From assembly GCA_965238005.1 (NCBI GenBank), contig OZ250165.1, forward strand, positions 4,775,170-4,839,169: 64,000 nt of DNA, in the 5' to 3' direction. Position numbers and translations under genes: made by a program. Below, one piece after another: positions 51,043-60,147 of this stretch. The notes beneath the pieces were generated by a model that did not search any database, was not told the DNA's origin, and saw nothing but the letters and a program-made list of their open reading frames with translations. Position 1 is the stretch's first letter. Every line of letters starts with the position of its first letter. This DNA comes from Longimicrobiales bacterium. GTDB taxonomy: Bacteria > Gemmatimonadota > Gemmatimonadetes > Longimicrobiales > Gaopeijiaceae.

Positions 51043-52542
51043 TCAGCGGCTCGGACCATGATCGCGCTCTCGACCACGCTGGCGCATCAGCTCCAGCGCC
51101 CGCGCAACGTCTCGGCGAGCGTCCTGTAGTCCCGGGCCAAGCGTGTCATTTGCCCGCCGAACTGTGCGACCTGCCGCTCCAAGGCTTCGACCTGCTGCTG
51201 CAAGGTCTCGACCTGCGCGGCGTGCTGCTGCTGCGCCTGCTCGTACTGCGCGGACAACGCCCGCAAGGCCTTCGTCAACTGCTGTTCTAACGCGGTCATA
51301 GAGCTCCTTCACTCGTTCGACAGCTTCACGGCCGGCCGAGTGTCCACGGTCCAGGGCGGATAGGCGAGCGCGCCGGCCGGCAGCACCACGAACCGCTCCC
51401 CCTCGATCTCCCGAAGCGCGATCTCCCAAGTGCCCGTCTCGAGCCGCTCCAGGGTCTGGCGTGCCTCCCCGATATCCAGGTCGAGGGCGGCGGCCGTCTC
51501 GATCCGGGCCTCGATGCGCGTCGACAGCCAGTGCAGCGTCGCCCAGCTCCCGCCACAGATGCCGAGCCAGAGGCTCAGGCCGACCACCAGGGGCCGGAGC
51601 CAGGCCTTGAGCAGCAGCGCGCGCATCCGCCGGGTCGCCTCCACCGTATCGCGTTCGATGGTACGCAACGCGTTGCTCGCGACGCGCCGCGAGTTCTCTC
51701 CGAGCCGCTCGAGCTCGCTCGCCGTCAGTTCCTCGATCGCCTCGCGTTCGGTCTCCAGCCGTCTCCGCAGCCGCTCGGTCAAATCGTTCGCGCTCGAAGT
51801 CTTCTGCATACAGCTCTCCTTTCAGCCGCCACCGGTCCCCGGTCTCGGGGTCCAGCGCCGTGATGTAGTCCTTGCCCTGGCGCGGCACCTCCAAGCCCGC
51901 TTCCTGCAACGCGGCGACGACATCGGCCCGGTTCCGCACCGTGCCGTGCTCGACGCGCTGGAGCAGGTAATCCCGGATCAGGTCGCGGGGCTCGGACTCC
52001 AGCCCGAGGCCGGTCCTGAGCCGCGCCGCCTCGACGTAGGCGCGGTGACCGGGGTGCTGCACCCTGGCCCGCGCCGGGTCGTCCGGCCGGCTCCAGCCGT
52101 GTTCGGCGTTGAAGGCGTCGCGGAGCGGGTCGAACGTCTTCCGCCACCCGGGGGGCGCGATGTTGAGGCTCCGGCCGGTCTCCAGGTCGCACCGCGCGGC
52201 CAGGACATGCACGTGAGCGCCGCCGCCGCGCTCGCGGTGCAGCACGGCGGCCCAGGCGTAGCGGTCGGGTTCGAGCCCGGCCCAGGCCGTCTGCTCGAAG
52301 TCATCGAGAACCGCGCCGATCTCGGCGTCGGTCGGCTCGTCGTCCGGCGCCCAGGCGATCACGCCCGAGGTGTACTTGTGCTCGAACGCCAGCGCGTCGG
52401 CCACCGCAGCCACTTGATGGGGATTCCCCCGCAGCACCTCGACGCCCTCGCGCGGCTGTCCGGTCGCGTCCCGCTCCCCGAGGAGGTAGTCGGCCGCGTC
52501 CCGCGCCGAGCCGGTTCCGCGGGCCAAGAACTTAATGTGCAT
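51043..52542 (-). CDS. mbeA: ColE1 MbeA-like relaxase
   Basis: GTGS..ADYLLG (catalytic Tyr), VLRGNP, YTSGV, HRERGGGAHVH, LETGRSLN, HGWSRPDDP, RLKGELY. Confidence 0.88.
   Translation of the reverse strand: MHIKFLARGTGSARDAADYLLGERDATGQPREGVEVLRGNPHQVAAVADALAFEHKYTSGVIAWAPDDEPTDAEIGAVLDDFEQTAWAGLEPDRYAWAAVLHRERGGGAHVHVLAARCDLETGRSLNIAPPGWRKTFDPLRDAFNAEHGWSRPDDPARARVQHPGHRAYVEAARLRTGLGLESEPRDLIRDYLLQRVEHGTVRNRADVVAALQEAGLEVPRQGKDYITALDPETGDRWRLKGELYAEDFERERFDRAAAETAGDRTRGDRGTDGERARAARRELAARREQRVAYHRTRYGGGDPADARAAAQGLAPAPGGRPEPLARHLWRELGDAALAVDAHRGPDRDGRRPRPGYRGGTPDPGAARDGHLGDRASGDRGGAVRGAAGRRARLSALDRGHSAGREAVERVKELYDRVRTAVDEGLAGVVRAVRAGAAAARRAGRDLAAAGRSLGAAGRTVRRANDTLGPGLQDARRDVARALELMRQRGRERDHGPSR
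51087..51299 (-). CDS. mbeD: MbeD/MobD-like protein nested in the relaxase gene
   Basis: MTALEQQLTKAL..Y coiled coil resembling ColE1 MbeD; same position as in ColE1. Confidence 0.8.
   Translation of the reverse strand: MTALEQQLTKALRALSAQYEQAQQQHAAQVETLQQQVEALERQVAQFGGQMTRLARDYRTLAETLRGRWS
51309..51809 (-). CDS. mbeB: MbeB-like protein nested in the relaxase gene
   Basis: ELERLGE, TM segment ending GGSWATLHWL..RI, QTL..L..GTW, RFVVLP.G, all characteristic of MbeB. Confidence 0.8.
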   Translation of the reverse strand: MQKTSSANDLTERLRRRLETEREAIEELTASELERLGENSRRVASNALRTIERDTVEATRRMRALLLKAWLRPLVVGLSLWLGICGGSWATLHWLSTRIEARIETAAALDLDIGEARQTLERLETGTWEIALREIEGERFVVLPAGALAYPPWTVDTRPAVKLSNE

Positions 52543-52682
52543 CGGGATCGGGGTCTCCGACGGGGGCCAGTGCCCGGAGCGCCCGCTCGATGGGGACCAG
52601 GTGGACGATCACCTCGACGGCCTCGGCCGCCCCCTTGTGGGTATTCGCCCACCGGGCGATCTGGTTGAGGTTGTTGCCGATG
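52532..52682 (-). pseudogene. mbeC: 3' half of an MbeC/MobC relaxosome accessory gene
   Basis: IGNNLNQIARWAN motif; overlaps the relaxase start; 5' part replaced by the ICE end. Confidence 0.85.
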
Positions 52683-52775
52683 CATTTGTCAACGGTCTTT
52701 GATCCTGTTGTGACCGTGTGACTTACGGGATTCGGTGGCCCGGTTCCCGCTGTTTGGTTCCCGCCGTTTGGGTCA

Positions 52776-53942
52776 TCAGACCCCAACCGCGCGGCGGCGG
52801 TTCTCCAGAGCCGTCCTGAGTTGTCCTTCGTCGGCTTGTTGATAGCACCGGAGGATGGTCTGGGCCTCCTTCCAGCCGCCGAGTTCACAGAGCACCTTGA
52901 GCGGCACGTTCATGAGGTCAGAGGCGAACTTCCGCCTCAGCGAGTGCCAGCCGCGGCCCCGCTTCGGTTCCAGCGCCGCGAGCTTCTGGGCCTTCTTCCA
53001 CCAGTACCCCACCAGCGACCGGCCAACGCACGGCGAGGCATCGGTCGGCGCGGGCAACACCGGCCCGTCGCCGGTCCCGGCGCTCAACGCTCGCGCCTCC
53101 TCCAAAGCGGCCAACGCCTCGTCGGTCACGGGCGTGGTGTGCTCGTAGCCCGTCTTCTCGTGCCTCGCGCGCCACCGCACCGCTCCGCCCTCGAAGTCGA
53201 TGTCGGACCACCGGAGCTTGCGGATGGCGCCGATCCGGTGCCCGGTCTCGTGCGCGAGCACGAGCGCGACGCGGAACCGCCAGTCCACCTCCCGGGACAC
53301 CTCCAACAGCGCCTTGTACTCCTCTTCGGTGAGCACGACCCGGGTGGGGTTCTTCTCCCTGGGCTTCCTGAGGCCCTTCAGCGGGTTCCTGTCCAGCAGT
53401 GGGAATCCCCGCTCGTCCTTCGACCTCGCGGCCCAGTTGAGGACCGCCATCAGGAACGTCAGGTCGTATTCGATCGTCCGGTTGGACACGGGCTTGCCCG
53501 AAATCCCGATCCTTCCCGCGCGCCGCTCCCGGATGAACCGGTCCCAGTCCCGCTGGGAGAGCGTCGCCGGGTCCCGGTCCCGTCCGAAGAAGTCGAGGAA
53601 CATCGCGGACGCGACCGTGTCGCACCGCCGGGTCCTCTCGCCCTTGGTGGGCGTCACCTCTTCACCGTAGATGTCAAAAAGCGTTTCCAGGGTGAGCGGC
53701 TCGGGCTCGACGTTCTTCTTGCCGTTCAGCTCCGGCCCGGCGAAGCCCGCGGCGAACTCGTCCGCCTGCCGCTTCGCCGACCTCCAGTCGCGGTGCTTCA
53801 GCGACCGGGTGAGCCTGCGCCCGTTGTCGCGCCACTCGATCTGGTACAAGCCGGTCTTGGGATCGGGGAAGACCCTCACCCGGTTCCGGCCCCATTCGCC
53901 GGCGCCATAGCTGCGCCGGACTCGTTTCGTGCGTGCCATCAT
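52776..53942 (-). CDS. Tyrosine integrase of the ICE
   Basis: Start MMARTKR; catalytic R (ETGHR), K (HEKTG), HSLRR, W (LGGW) and Y (RCY). Confidence 0.92.
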   Translation of the reverse strand: MMARTKRVRRSYGAGEWGRNRVRVFPDPKTGLYQIEWRDNGRRLTRSLKHRDWRSAKRQADEFAAGFAGPELNGKKNVEPEPLTLETLFDIYGEEVTPTKGERTRRCDTVASAMFLDFFGRDRDPATLSQRDWDRFIRERRAGRIGISGKPVSNRTIEYDLTFLMAVLNWAARSKDERGFPLLDRNPLKGLRKPREKNPTRVVLTEEEYKALLEVSREVDWRFRVALVLAHETGHRIGAIRKLRWSDIDFEGGAVRWRARHEKTGYEHTTPVTDEALAALEEARALSAGTGDGPVLPAPTDASPCVGRSLVGYWWKKAQKLAALEPKRGRGWHSLRRKFASDLMNVPLKVLCELGGWKEAQTILRCYQQADEGQLRTALENRRRAVGV

Positions 53943-54328
53943 TCGATTCCTTTTTCGATGATGGACTGCACGATCTGCGCGTTTGAAACGTCGCGACGGC
54001 GGGACTTCTCCGCCAGTCGCGGCTCGGCCGGCGCATGGGCCTTCCGTGGCAGGTGCGTGCGTGCGATCCTGGGCGCGCCGGGTCTTCCGGCGTTGGGGAT
54101 CCGGCCGTCGCGGACCAGGCGGCCGAGATGGTCGGCGGAGTATCCGCTCTCCGTGGCCGCCTCGACGAGCGAGAAGGTGGTCTCGTCCCTTTCGACGAGC
54201 GTGGCTTCGAGTTCGGCGGCGCAGCTCTCGAGCGCGGTGGCCGGAGTCTCGCCCCCGTAGCGCCGGAGCGCCTTGGCGTGCCTGCGCCAGTTGGCGGGCA
54301 GTGTCTCGACGGACGTTCGCTCTCTCAT
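53939..54328 (-). CDS. Excisionase-like HTH protein
   Basis: SLVEAATESGYSADHLGRLVRDGRIPN; overlaps the integrase start. Confidence 0.75.
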   Translation of the reverse strand: MRERTSVETLPANWRRHAKALRRYGGETPATALESCAAELEATLVERDETTFSLVEAATESGYSADHLGRLVRDGRIPNAGRPGAPRIARTHLPRKAHAPAEPRLAEKSRRRDVSNAQIVQSIIEKGIE

Positions 54329-54334
54329 GCGCGT

Positions 54335-54649
54335 TCAGTCCCAGTCGCCTTCGGCGTCCCTGCGGAGCGCTTCGGTGAGGCCCGTATCCCCCTCGCCGCG
54401 CCGGACGGACCGTTCGGCGAGATCGACGCGCCGCCCGAGGTCGGCGAGCCCGGTGGCGCGGGCGACGGCGTAGATGGCGGCCGCGACGGTCGCGAGCGCG
54501 AGGGCCATGTGGAGGGAGAGCAGGAGGCCGTAATCGGCGAGGATGACCGGCCAGAACGGCGACAGGTATTCGAGGCGCGGCCCGCCGAGGATCATGGCCG
54601 AACCGGCGATTGCGGCGGTGAGTCCCGCGCTGATCTTCCAGGGTTGCAT
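54335..54649 (-). CDS. Small membrane protein
   Basis: 104 aa with two to three hydrophobic segments, in the operon. Confidence 0.65.
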   Translation of the reverse strand: MQPWKISAGLTAAIAGSAMILGGPRLEYLSPFWPVILADYGLLLSLHMALALATVAAAIYAVARATGLADLGRRVDLAERSVRRGEGDTGLTEALRRDAEGDWD

Positions 54650-54670
54650 GGGCTAAAGTCCTCCGGGTCG

Positions 54671-55555
54671 TCAGAGTTCGACGGCGGCCGGGTCGCGGTC
54701 GGCGGGCCCGCGCAGCCAGGAGCCGCCGTCGCCGCCCAGGCCGAGCTTGCCGAGGAGTTTCCCGGCGGCCGGCCCGTTGGCGTGGAGCGCGAACCCGGCG
54801 GCGGCCTTGGCCCGGACGGCCCCTTCGCGGTAGTTGCCGGAGACGGCCTCGATGTTGACGCGGCCGGTCCGGCCTTCGGCGTCCGTGTACTCGATCTGCG
54901 CGTCCGGGTGGAGCACGCGGCCCTCGTCGTCGAGGGGGAGGCCGAGCTCTTGGGCGATCCTGTGCCGTTCGGCATCGGCGGCCCGCTTGCCGTTCTTGAG
55001 CCGGGCGGCCTCGCTCGCTCGCGCGGCGGCGCTCTTGAGTTCGGTGTCGAGCCGGACGCGCTTGACGGTGGCTCCCTGTTCCACGAGGCGCCGCCGTTCC
55101 TTCCAACAGGCGCGGTAGACGGCGGTGTCGTGCGCCGCTTGGGCGGGCTTGGTGCGTGCGATCCGGATCTGCTGTGCGGGATCCATCCCGCGTTCGGCGG
55201 CGAGTTTCCGGGCCTTGGCCACGCCCTTGCGGGTGAGGGAGAGGACCTTGAAGGGATTGCCCTTGGGTCCGGTGGCCCGGGTCTCGGTGACGAGCCCGTC
55301 CCGTACCCAGGCGTTCACGGCCCGCTTGGTGGTGTGGGGATGGCCGCCGAAGCGGGCTTCGGCGAGGTCGCGGTAGGAGACGGCGCCGTAGACGCCGATG
55401 TCGGCAAGTCCGCGGGCGCACCGTTCGGGGAAGGAGATGGACCCGCCGTCCCGGCCCGCGGCGTATTCTCGACGATGGCCGTTCCGCATGCGTTGCTTCT
55501 CGCGGCTGGGTGGCGCGGCGGAACGGGGGTCCTCCTCGACCGTGCGGTCGAACAT
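54671..55555 (-). CDS. Winged-helix plus PD-(D/E)xK-like protein, Replication-relaxation-like
   Basis: LADIGVYGAV..DL wHTH, LTRKG, AAHDTAV, HPDAQIEY..VNIE..SGNY. Confidence 0.55.
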   Translation of the reverse strand: MFDRTVEEDPRSAAPPSREKQRMRNGHRREYAAGRDGGSISFPERCARGLADIGVYGAVSYRDLAEARFGGHPHTTKRAVNAWVRDGLVTETRATGPKGNPFKVLSLTRKGVAKARKLAAERGMDPAQQIRIARTKPAQAAHDTAVYRACWKERRRLVEQGATVKRVRLDTELKSAAARASEAARLKNGKRAADAERHRIAQELGLPLDDEGRVLHPDAQIEYTDAEGRTGRVNIEAVSGNYREGAVRAKAAAGFALHANGPAAGKLLGKLGLGGDGGSWLRGPADRDPAAVEL

Positions 55556-55577
55556 CTCCCTACCTCTCATCGGTTGC

Positions 55578-56606
55578 TCAGCGGCTCGGCCCGGAGCTGC
55601 GCTCGGGCGTCGGGAGCGGCGGCACGGGTACTGGGGTCCGCTGGGGTCCGGGCGCGCGGGTCGCGGCCACGGCCACGGGATCCCGTGCGGCCAGGCGCTC
55701 GCGGTGGCGAGTAAGCACGAAGTCCGAGATCTTCTGCGCGTCGGCCGCTGCGCGCCGGATCTCGCGGGGATCCTCCTCGAGCGCGGCGATCCAGCCCTCG
55801 ACGTACGCGGCGCCCCGGCTCGGATCGTGCCCGACGCCCACGCGCTCGCCCGTCATCATGGCGCTGATTTCGGCCCGGAGTTCCTCCTTCGCGTAGTCGG
55901 GCGAGCCGAACCCGGTCTTGATCCCTTCGACGAGCGTCTCGCGGTTCATCCGCTCGGGGTGGCCGGTGCTGTGGCCCAGCTCGTGGAGCGCGGTTTGGTA
56001 GTAGTGGTTGGCGGAGGGGAACTGTCCCCGTTCGGGGAGCACGACCTCGTCGCGGTTCATGTGGTAGTAGGCGCGGTCGCCCGCGACGTGGCGTATCGGA
56101 ACCCCGCCGTCTTCGAGCACCCGTTCGGCCTCCTGGTGGGTCTTCCAGAGCGGCTCGGGCGTCGGGGTGGACCGTGCGGGCAGCCCGTCGGCCTGCTCGG
56201 CGTTGAACACCGTGTACTGGCGGACGAAGGGCGCCTTGAGCCGCTCGTAGCGGTAGACGCGCTTGCCCTCGGCGTCCCTCCTGGGCCGGCCTCGCTCGTC
56301 GGTGACTTGGGTCCTCTTGTGATCCTGAAAAGAGAGGATGCGGGTGCCGGTCTCGCCCTTCCTGACCTGTCCGCCCCGGGCCTGGATCTGGCGGTAGGTG
56401 CCCCAGCGCACGTCGCCGTAGCCGCGCTCCTGCTGGACGGCGGCCAGGTGCAGGCTGTTGCCGCCGCGATAGGAGCGGTCGGTGTCCACGTTCGCGGGGA
56501 GCACCCGCTCGCCCGGCGCCCACGGCTTCTGCCAGGGGGCGGTGCCCTGCCGGATCTGCTCGATGACCCGGTCGGCGAACTCGCGGTGATACTCGTCGTG
56601 CTTCAT
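55578..56606 (-). CDS. ardC: ArdC-like antirestriction / ssDNA-binding protein
   Basis: APWQKPW, YRGGN, WGTYRQ, VRKGE, VFNAEQ, zincin-like LHELGHSTGH, YAKEELRAE. Confidence 0.9.
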   Translation of the reverse strand: MKHDEYHREFADRVIEQIRQGTAPWQKPWAPGERVLPANVDTDRSYRGGNSLHLAAVQQERGYGDVRWGTYRQIQARGGQVRKGETGTRILSFQDHKRTQVTDERGRPRRDAEGKRVYRYERLKAPFVRQYTVFNAEQADGLPARSTPTPEPLWKTHQEAERVLEDGGVPIRHVAGDRAYYHMNRDEVVLPERGQFPSANHYYQTALHELGHSTGHPERMNRETLVEGIKTGFGSPDYAKEELRAEISAMMTGERVGVGHDPSRGAAYVEGWIAALEEDPREIRRAAADAQKISDFVLTRHRERLAARDPVAVAATRAPGPQRTPVPVPPLPTPERSSGPSR

Positions 56607-56800
56607 CGGTCGTCCTCCTCCCCGTGCGGATCGGCGCCGGCGCCCAAGATGTCGTCCTCGCTCCCGACCTCCTCGGGGAAGAGGCCGTACTGCTCGGCGA
56701 GGTAGGCCGGGACCTCGAGCGTCTCGCCGCCGTCGCGCGCGAGCTCGCGGTCGAAGTCTTCGAACGTCTCGACGCGGATGGTCGTGTCGTTGCCCGTCAT
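56603..56800 (-). CDS. Small acidic hypothetical protein
   Basis: 65 aa with 4-nt overlaps to both neighbours. Confidence 0.6.
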   Translation of the reverse strand: MTGNDTTIRVETFEDFDRELARDGGETLEVPAYLAEQYGLFPEEVGSEDDILGAGADPHGEEDDR

Positions 56801-57807
56801 GCGTTCACCTCCTTCGGTGTGTGGGTCTGTTCCTTCTTCCGGGGCTTCGCCGCCCCGCTCGATATCGGTTCGGTGACCCAGCGGCCGGTGGCCGCGTCGT
56901 AGCCCTGGACCTGGATGGCCTCCTCGACGAACCGCCGGCCCCGTTGCCGGGTGATGTGGAGCACGAGCGAGATACCGTCCACGACGCCCCGGCAGGTGAC
57001 GTCCCAGGGGAGCGCGCCCTCGGCCTGCATGGCGCAGCTCGCCAGCCGCGAGAGCGCGGAGCGGGCGTTGTTCGCGTGCACGGTGGTCAGCGATCCGCCG
57101 TGCCCGGTGTTGAGCGCCTGGAGCAGGTCGGCGGCCTCGGCGCCCCTGACCTCGCCGACGACGATGTGGTCGGGCCGGTGGCGGAGCGCGTGGCGCACCA
57201 GGTCCCGGATCGAGACCGGCGTCTCGGTGCCGACCGTCCCGGCCTCGAACCGGACGCAGTTCGCGCGGTCGATCCTGAGCTCGAGCGTGTCCTCGATCGC
57301 GACGATCCGCTCGTCCTCGGGCAGCAGTTCGATCAGCGCGTTCAAGAGCGTGGTCTTGCCCGACCCCGTGCCCCCGGAGACGAGGATGTTCCTTCGGGAC
57401 GCAAGCGTGGTGCGGGCGGACCGGAGGACCACCTCCGGCAGCGAGCCCATGGTCACCAAGTCCTCGGGCGAGAACGCGCGCCCCCCGAACCGGCGGATGG
57501 TGATGGCGACCTCGGGAGCCGCGGGCGGGGTGCAGATGGCGACCCGCGATCCGTCGCCGAGCCGGGCGTCGAGGATCGGCCGCGCGGCGGGATCGAGCCC
57601 GAGCGGCCGGGCGATGTGGATTGCGGCGCGGTGGAGCCAGGCGGCGGTGAGTGCGGGAGCGTCGTGGGGCTCCAGTCTCCCGGCTCGCTCGACCCAGACG
57701 TTGCCGGGTCCGTTGATCATGATCTCGGAGACCTCCGGGTCCTCGAGCAGCACCTCCAGGCCCGGAAGGAACGGGGTGAGGTGCCCGACACCGCTCGCGC
57801 GCTTCAT
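56797..57807 (-). CDS. VirB11/TrbB/CpaF-like secretion ATPase
   Basis: EIMINGP, GGTGSGKTT, IEDTLEL, LRHRPDHIVVGEVRG, NTGHGGSLTTVHA. Confidence 0.93.
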   Translation of the reverse strand: MKRASGVGHLTPFLPGLEVLLEDPEVSEIMINGPGNVWVERAGRLEPHDAPALTAAWLHRAAIHIARPLGLDPAARPILDARLGDGSRVAICTPPAAPEVAITIRRFGGRAFSPEDLVTMGSLPEVVLRSARTTLASRRNILVSGGTGSGKTTLLNALIELLPEDERIVAIEDTLELRIDRANCVRFEAGTVGTETPVSIRDLVRHALRHRPDHIVVGEVRGAEAADLLQALNTGHGGSLTTVHANNARSALSRLASCAMQAEGALPWDVTCRGVVDGISLVLHITRQRGRRFVEEAIQVQGYDAATGRWVTEPISSGAAKPRKKEQTHTPKEVNA

Positions 57808-59843
57808 ATCCGTCCCTCCTCGCGGAGCCGCCAGTAGCCCGTCTCCCGCGGCAGGTAGTGCGGCTTGAGGTAGACGCGCCGTGCGGGGAGCGACACGACC
57901 CCGTCGTACGGCAGACAGATCGCCTGGTAGTTGGCGAGCAGCGAGAACTCGCGGGGCGTGAACACCGGCTCCCTCGATTGGCGGAACGACTTGCTCGCGC
58001 CGATCGTGCCGCGTCCGCCTCCGGCGCGTCCGGAGAGGAGCGAGAACTCGGGCCGGCCCGTGTTCTCGGTGAACGTGTAGGAGGCCTGCGTCTTCATGAC
58101 GGTGCCGCACATCTCGGACGCGACCCGCGCCGACGCCTCGTCGGACAGCGACAGGAAGATCCGGGTGCGGAGCGTCTGGACGAGCGTGCGCCAAGCCTCG
58201 CCCGAGGGCAGCACGGAGCGGAGCGAGGAGATCGACTGCGTGGCGACGATCGGGATGCAGCGGCACTGGCGCGTGAGCGCGAACGCCTTCTCGTCGCCCG
58301 AAGGGTCGTCCTGCCCGACGGTGGCGAACGCCTGGTATTCGTCGCAGATGAAGACGGCGGGTCGCATGTAGCGGTCGGGGCGCCGGGCCAGTTCGGCGGG
58401 GCGCCGGAGCAGCGCCTGCATCCAGGCGTTCTTGAGAAGCACGCCGATGGCGCGGGCGAGCGCGGGGTTCGCTCCGGCGGGCATGTCGAGCGCGAGGACC
58501 CGTCCGTCTTCGATCAGTTCGGAGAGCGGCGGCAGCCGTCGGCGGAGCCCCGGCATGGGATGGCCGGCGCCTTCGGTGTCGTCGCTCTCGTCCGGCGTAG
58601 CTTCATCCGGCGGTTGCTCCCCGGCCGGCGGCGGCGGACAGAACACGCCCGCGACCTCGGGCTGGTCGAAGAGCGAGAGGAAGACGCTGATGCCCTCGAC
58701 GATCGAGGTGCGGAGCTTAGCGTCGAGCACCGTCCAGTCGTGCAGGTACCACCGCTCGATGGCCTCGACCTGCTCTCTGAACTCGCCGCCCGCGCCTCCC
58801 GCGGCCGCTTCCACCTCGCATGCGACTTCGCGCTTCGCGAGCTGCGCCCGAAGCTCCGCGTCCATCCGGCAGCGCACCTGTTCAGTGCCGGGCACCGGCG
58901 CCCAGTCCCACTTCTTGAGCGCCTCCGCATGGGCGATCATGTCGTCGCTGGAGATGACGGCGTCCACCGGAGAGATACGGTCGGCCATCTCGCGGGCCTC
59001 GCCGATCTTGTGAGCGAACAACTCCGCGTCCACGGTGCAGCGGTAGATGTCCCGGAGCGTGACCCAGCCCCCCGGCAGGAGCCGGTGCAGCTCCACGATC
59101 CAGCGCACGAGATTCGTGTACGCCTGCTGCCAGAACGGTTCTCGGCTCTTGCCGAAGAGCTGGTTGATGAGCGAGGCCACGCCGTAGGCCAGCGAGTAGG
59201 AATCGAGCAGCGGATCGTCGAGTGGGTTCCACTGCCAGGAGCCGCCGAGCCCGATCTCGAGGTAGTCGTCCCCGCGCCCGGCGTCCTCGAGGATCTCCCG
59301 CACCTGGTGGCAGAAGTCGCCCTTGACCTCGAGCACGAGCGCGCCCGCCCTGCGGCCAGGCTCGTCGGCCCGCCAGGAGAGGATCTGGCGGGCGAAGGGG
59401 TACATGCAGGCGGTCGTCTTGCCGGTGCCGACGGCACCCACGATGAGGACGCCGGTGTAGAGCCCCTTCTCCGGGACGACGAGCCACGACGGCCGCTCGC
59501 TCTCGCGCGGCACGGTCGGATGATGCAGTTCGCCGATCACGAGCGAGGGCGCCTCGTCCCTGGCCGAGGTGGGCCAGGCGGGCAGCTTCCCGCGGGCACC
59601 GCGCCGGGTACGCGGCTCGAGCCAGACCCTCGAGACCGAGAGGCAGACGCTGCCGGCGAGCAGCAACGCGACGGCTGGCGCCGCGTAGTACCAGACGTGG
59701 ATCACCGTGTGCAGGCCCGGATCGTGGTAGGCGATCAGGTCCAGCACGGGGTTGCCGCCGATGCCCGGAAACGGCGCCAGGAACGCGCGGACCGTGGCCG
59801 CCGTCAGGGCCACCCCGATGATGACCAGCGTCCAGGGCCTCAT
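57804..59843 (-). CDS. VirD4/TraG-like type IV coupling protein
   Basis: Two N-terminal TMs, GAVGTGKT, LEVKGD, WNPL, FICDEYQ, IVATQSISSL. Confidence 0.9.
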   Translation of the reverse strand: MRPWTLVIIGVALTAATVRAFLAPFPGIGGNPVLDLIAYHDPGLHTVIHVWYYAAPAVALLLAGSVCLSVSRVWLEPRTRRGARGKLPAWPTSARDEAPSLVIGELHHPTVPRESERPSWLVVPEKGLYTGVLIVGAVGTGKTTACMYPFARQILSWRADEPGRRAGALVLEVKGDFCHQVREILEDAGRGDDYLEIGLGGSWQWNPLDDPLLDSYSLAYGVASLINQLFGKSREPFWQQAYTNLVRWIVELHRLLPGGWVTLRDIYRCTVDAELFAHKIGEAREMADRISPVDAVISSDDMIAHAEALKKWDWAPVPGTEQVRCRMDAELRAQLAKREVACEVEAAAGGAGGEFREQVEAIERWYLHDWTVLDAKLRTSIVEGISVFLSLFDQPEVAGVFCPPPPAGEQPPDEATPDESDDTEGAGHPMPGLRRRLPPLSELIEDGRVLALDMPAGANPALARAIGVLLKNAWMQALLRRPAELARRPDRYMRPAVFICDEYQAFATVGQDDPSGDEKAFALTRQCRCIPIVATQSISSLRSVLPSGEAWRTLVQTLRTRIFLSLSDEASARVASEMCGTVMKTQASYTFTENTGRPEFSLLSGRAGGGRGTIGASKSFRQSREPVFTPREFSLLANYQAICLPYDGVVSLPARRVYLKPHYLPRETGYWRLREEGRI

Positions 59844-60147
59844 CGGCCCGACACCCTTCCCGGAGGGACTGCTGGCTGGGAGCGACCCCGCAGCGGAGGG
59901 GAGGATGGGGCTGTCCGGCTCCATCCTCCCCGATGCCGATCGAGGCATGCCGAGATGGGGGGTCGCTCCCAGCCACGGCCAAGGAGCGCGGATCGGCATC
60001 CGCGCTTCGCTGGCCGTGGCGCAACCGCAAGAGCGCCAGCGACATATGGAACCGGAGGCGTGTCCATCGCAGGCGCGATTTCGTGTCCGACCACCCGCGA
60101 AGTGCCATGTACACTCGTGGACCGGCATCGGCACCCGCTTCCGGCGG

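Noticed and set aside
53943..55421. N-terminal extension making an 881-aa integrase
   Set aside because: Arg/Pro-rich off-frame read-through of three real upstream genes; the integrase starts at 53942 or 53939.
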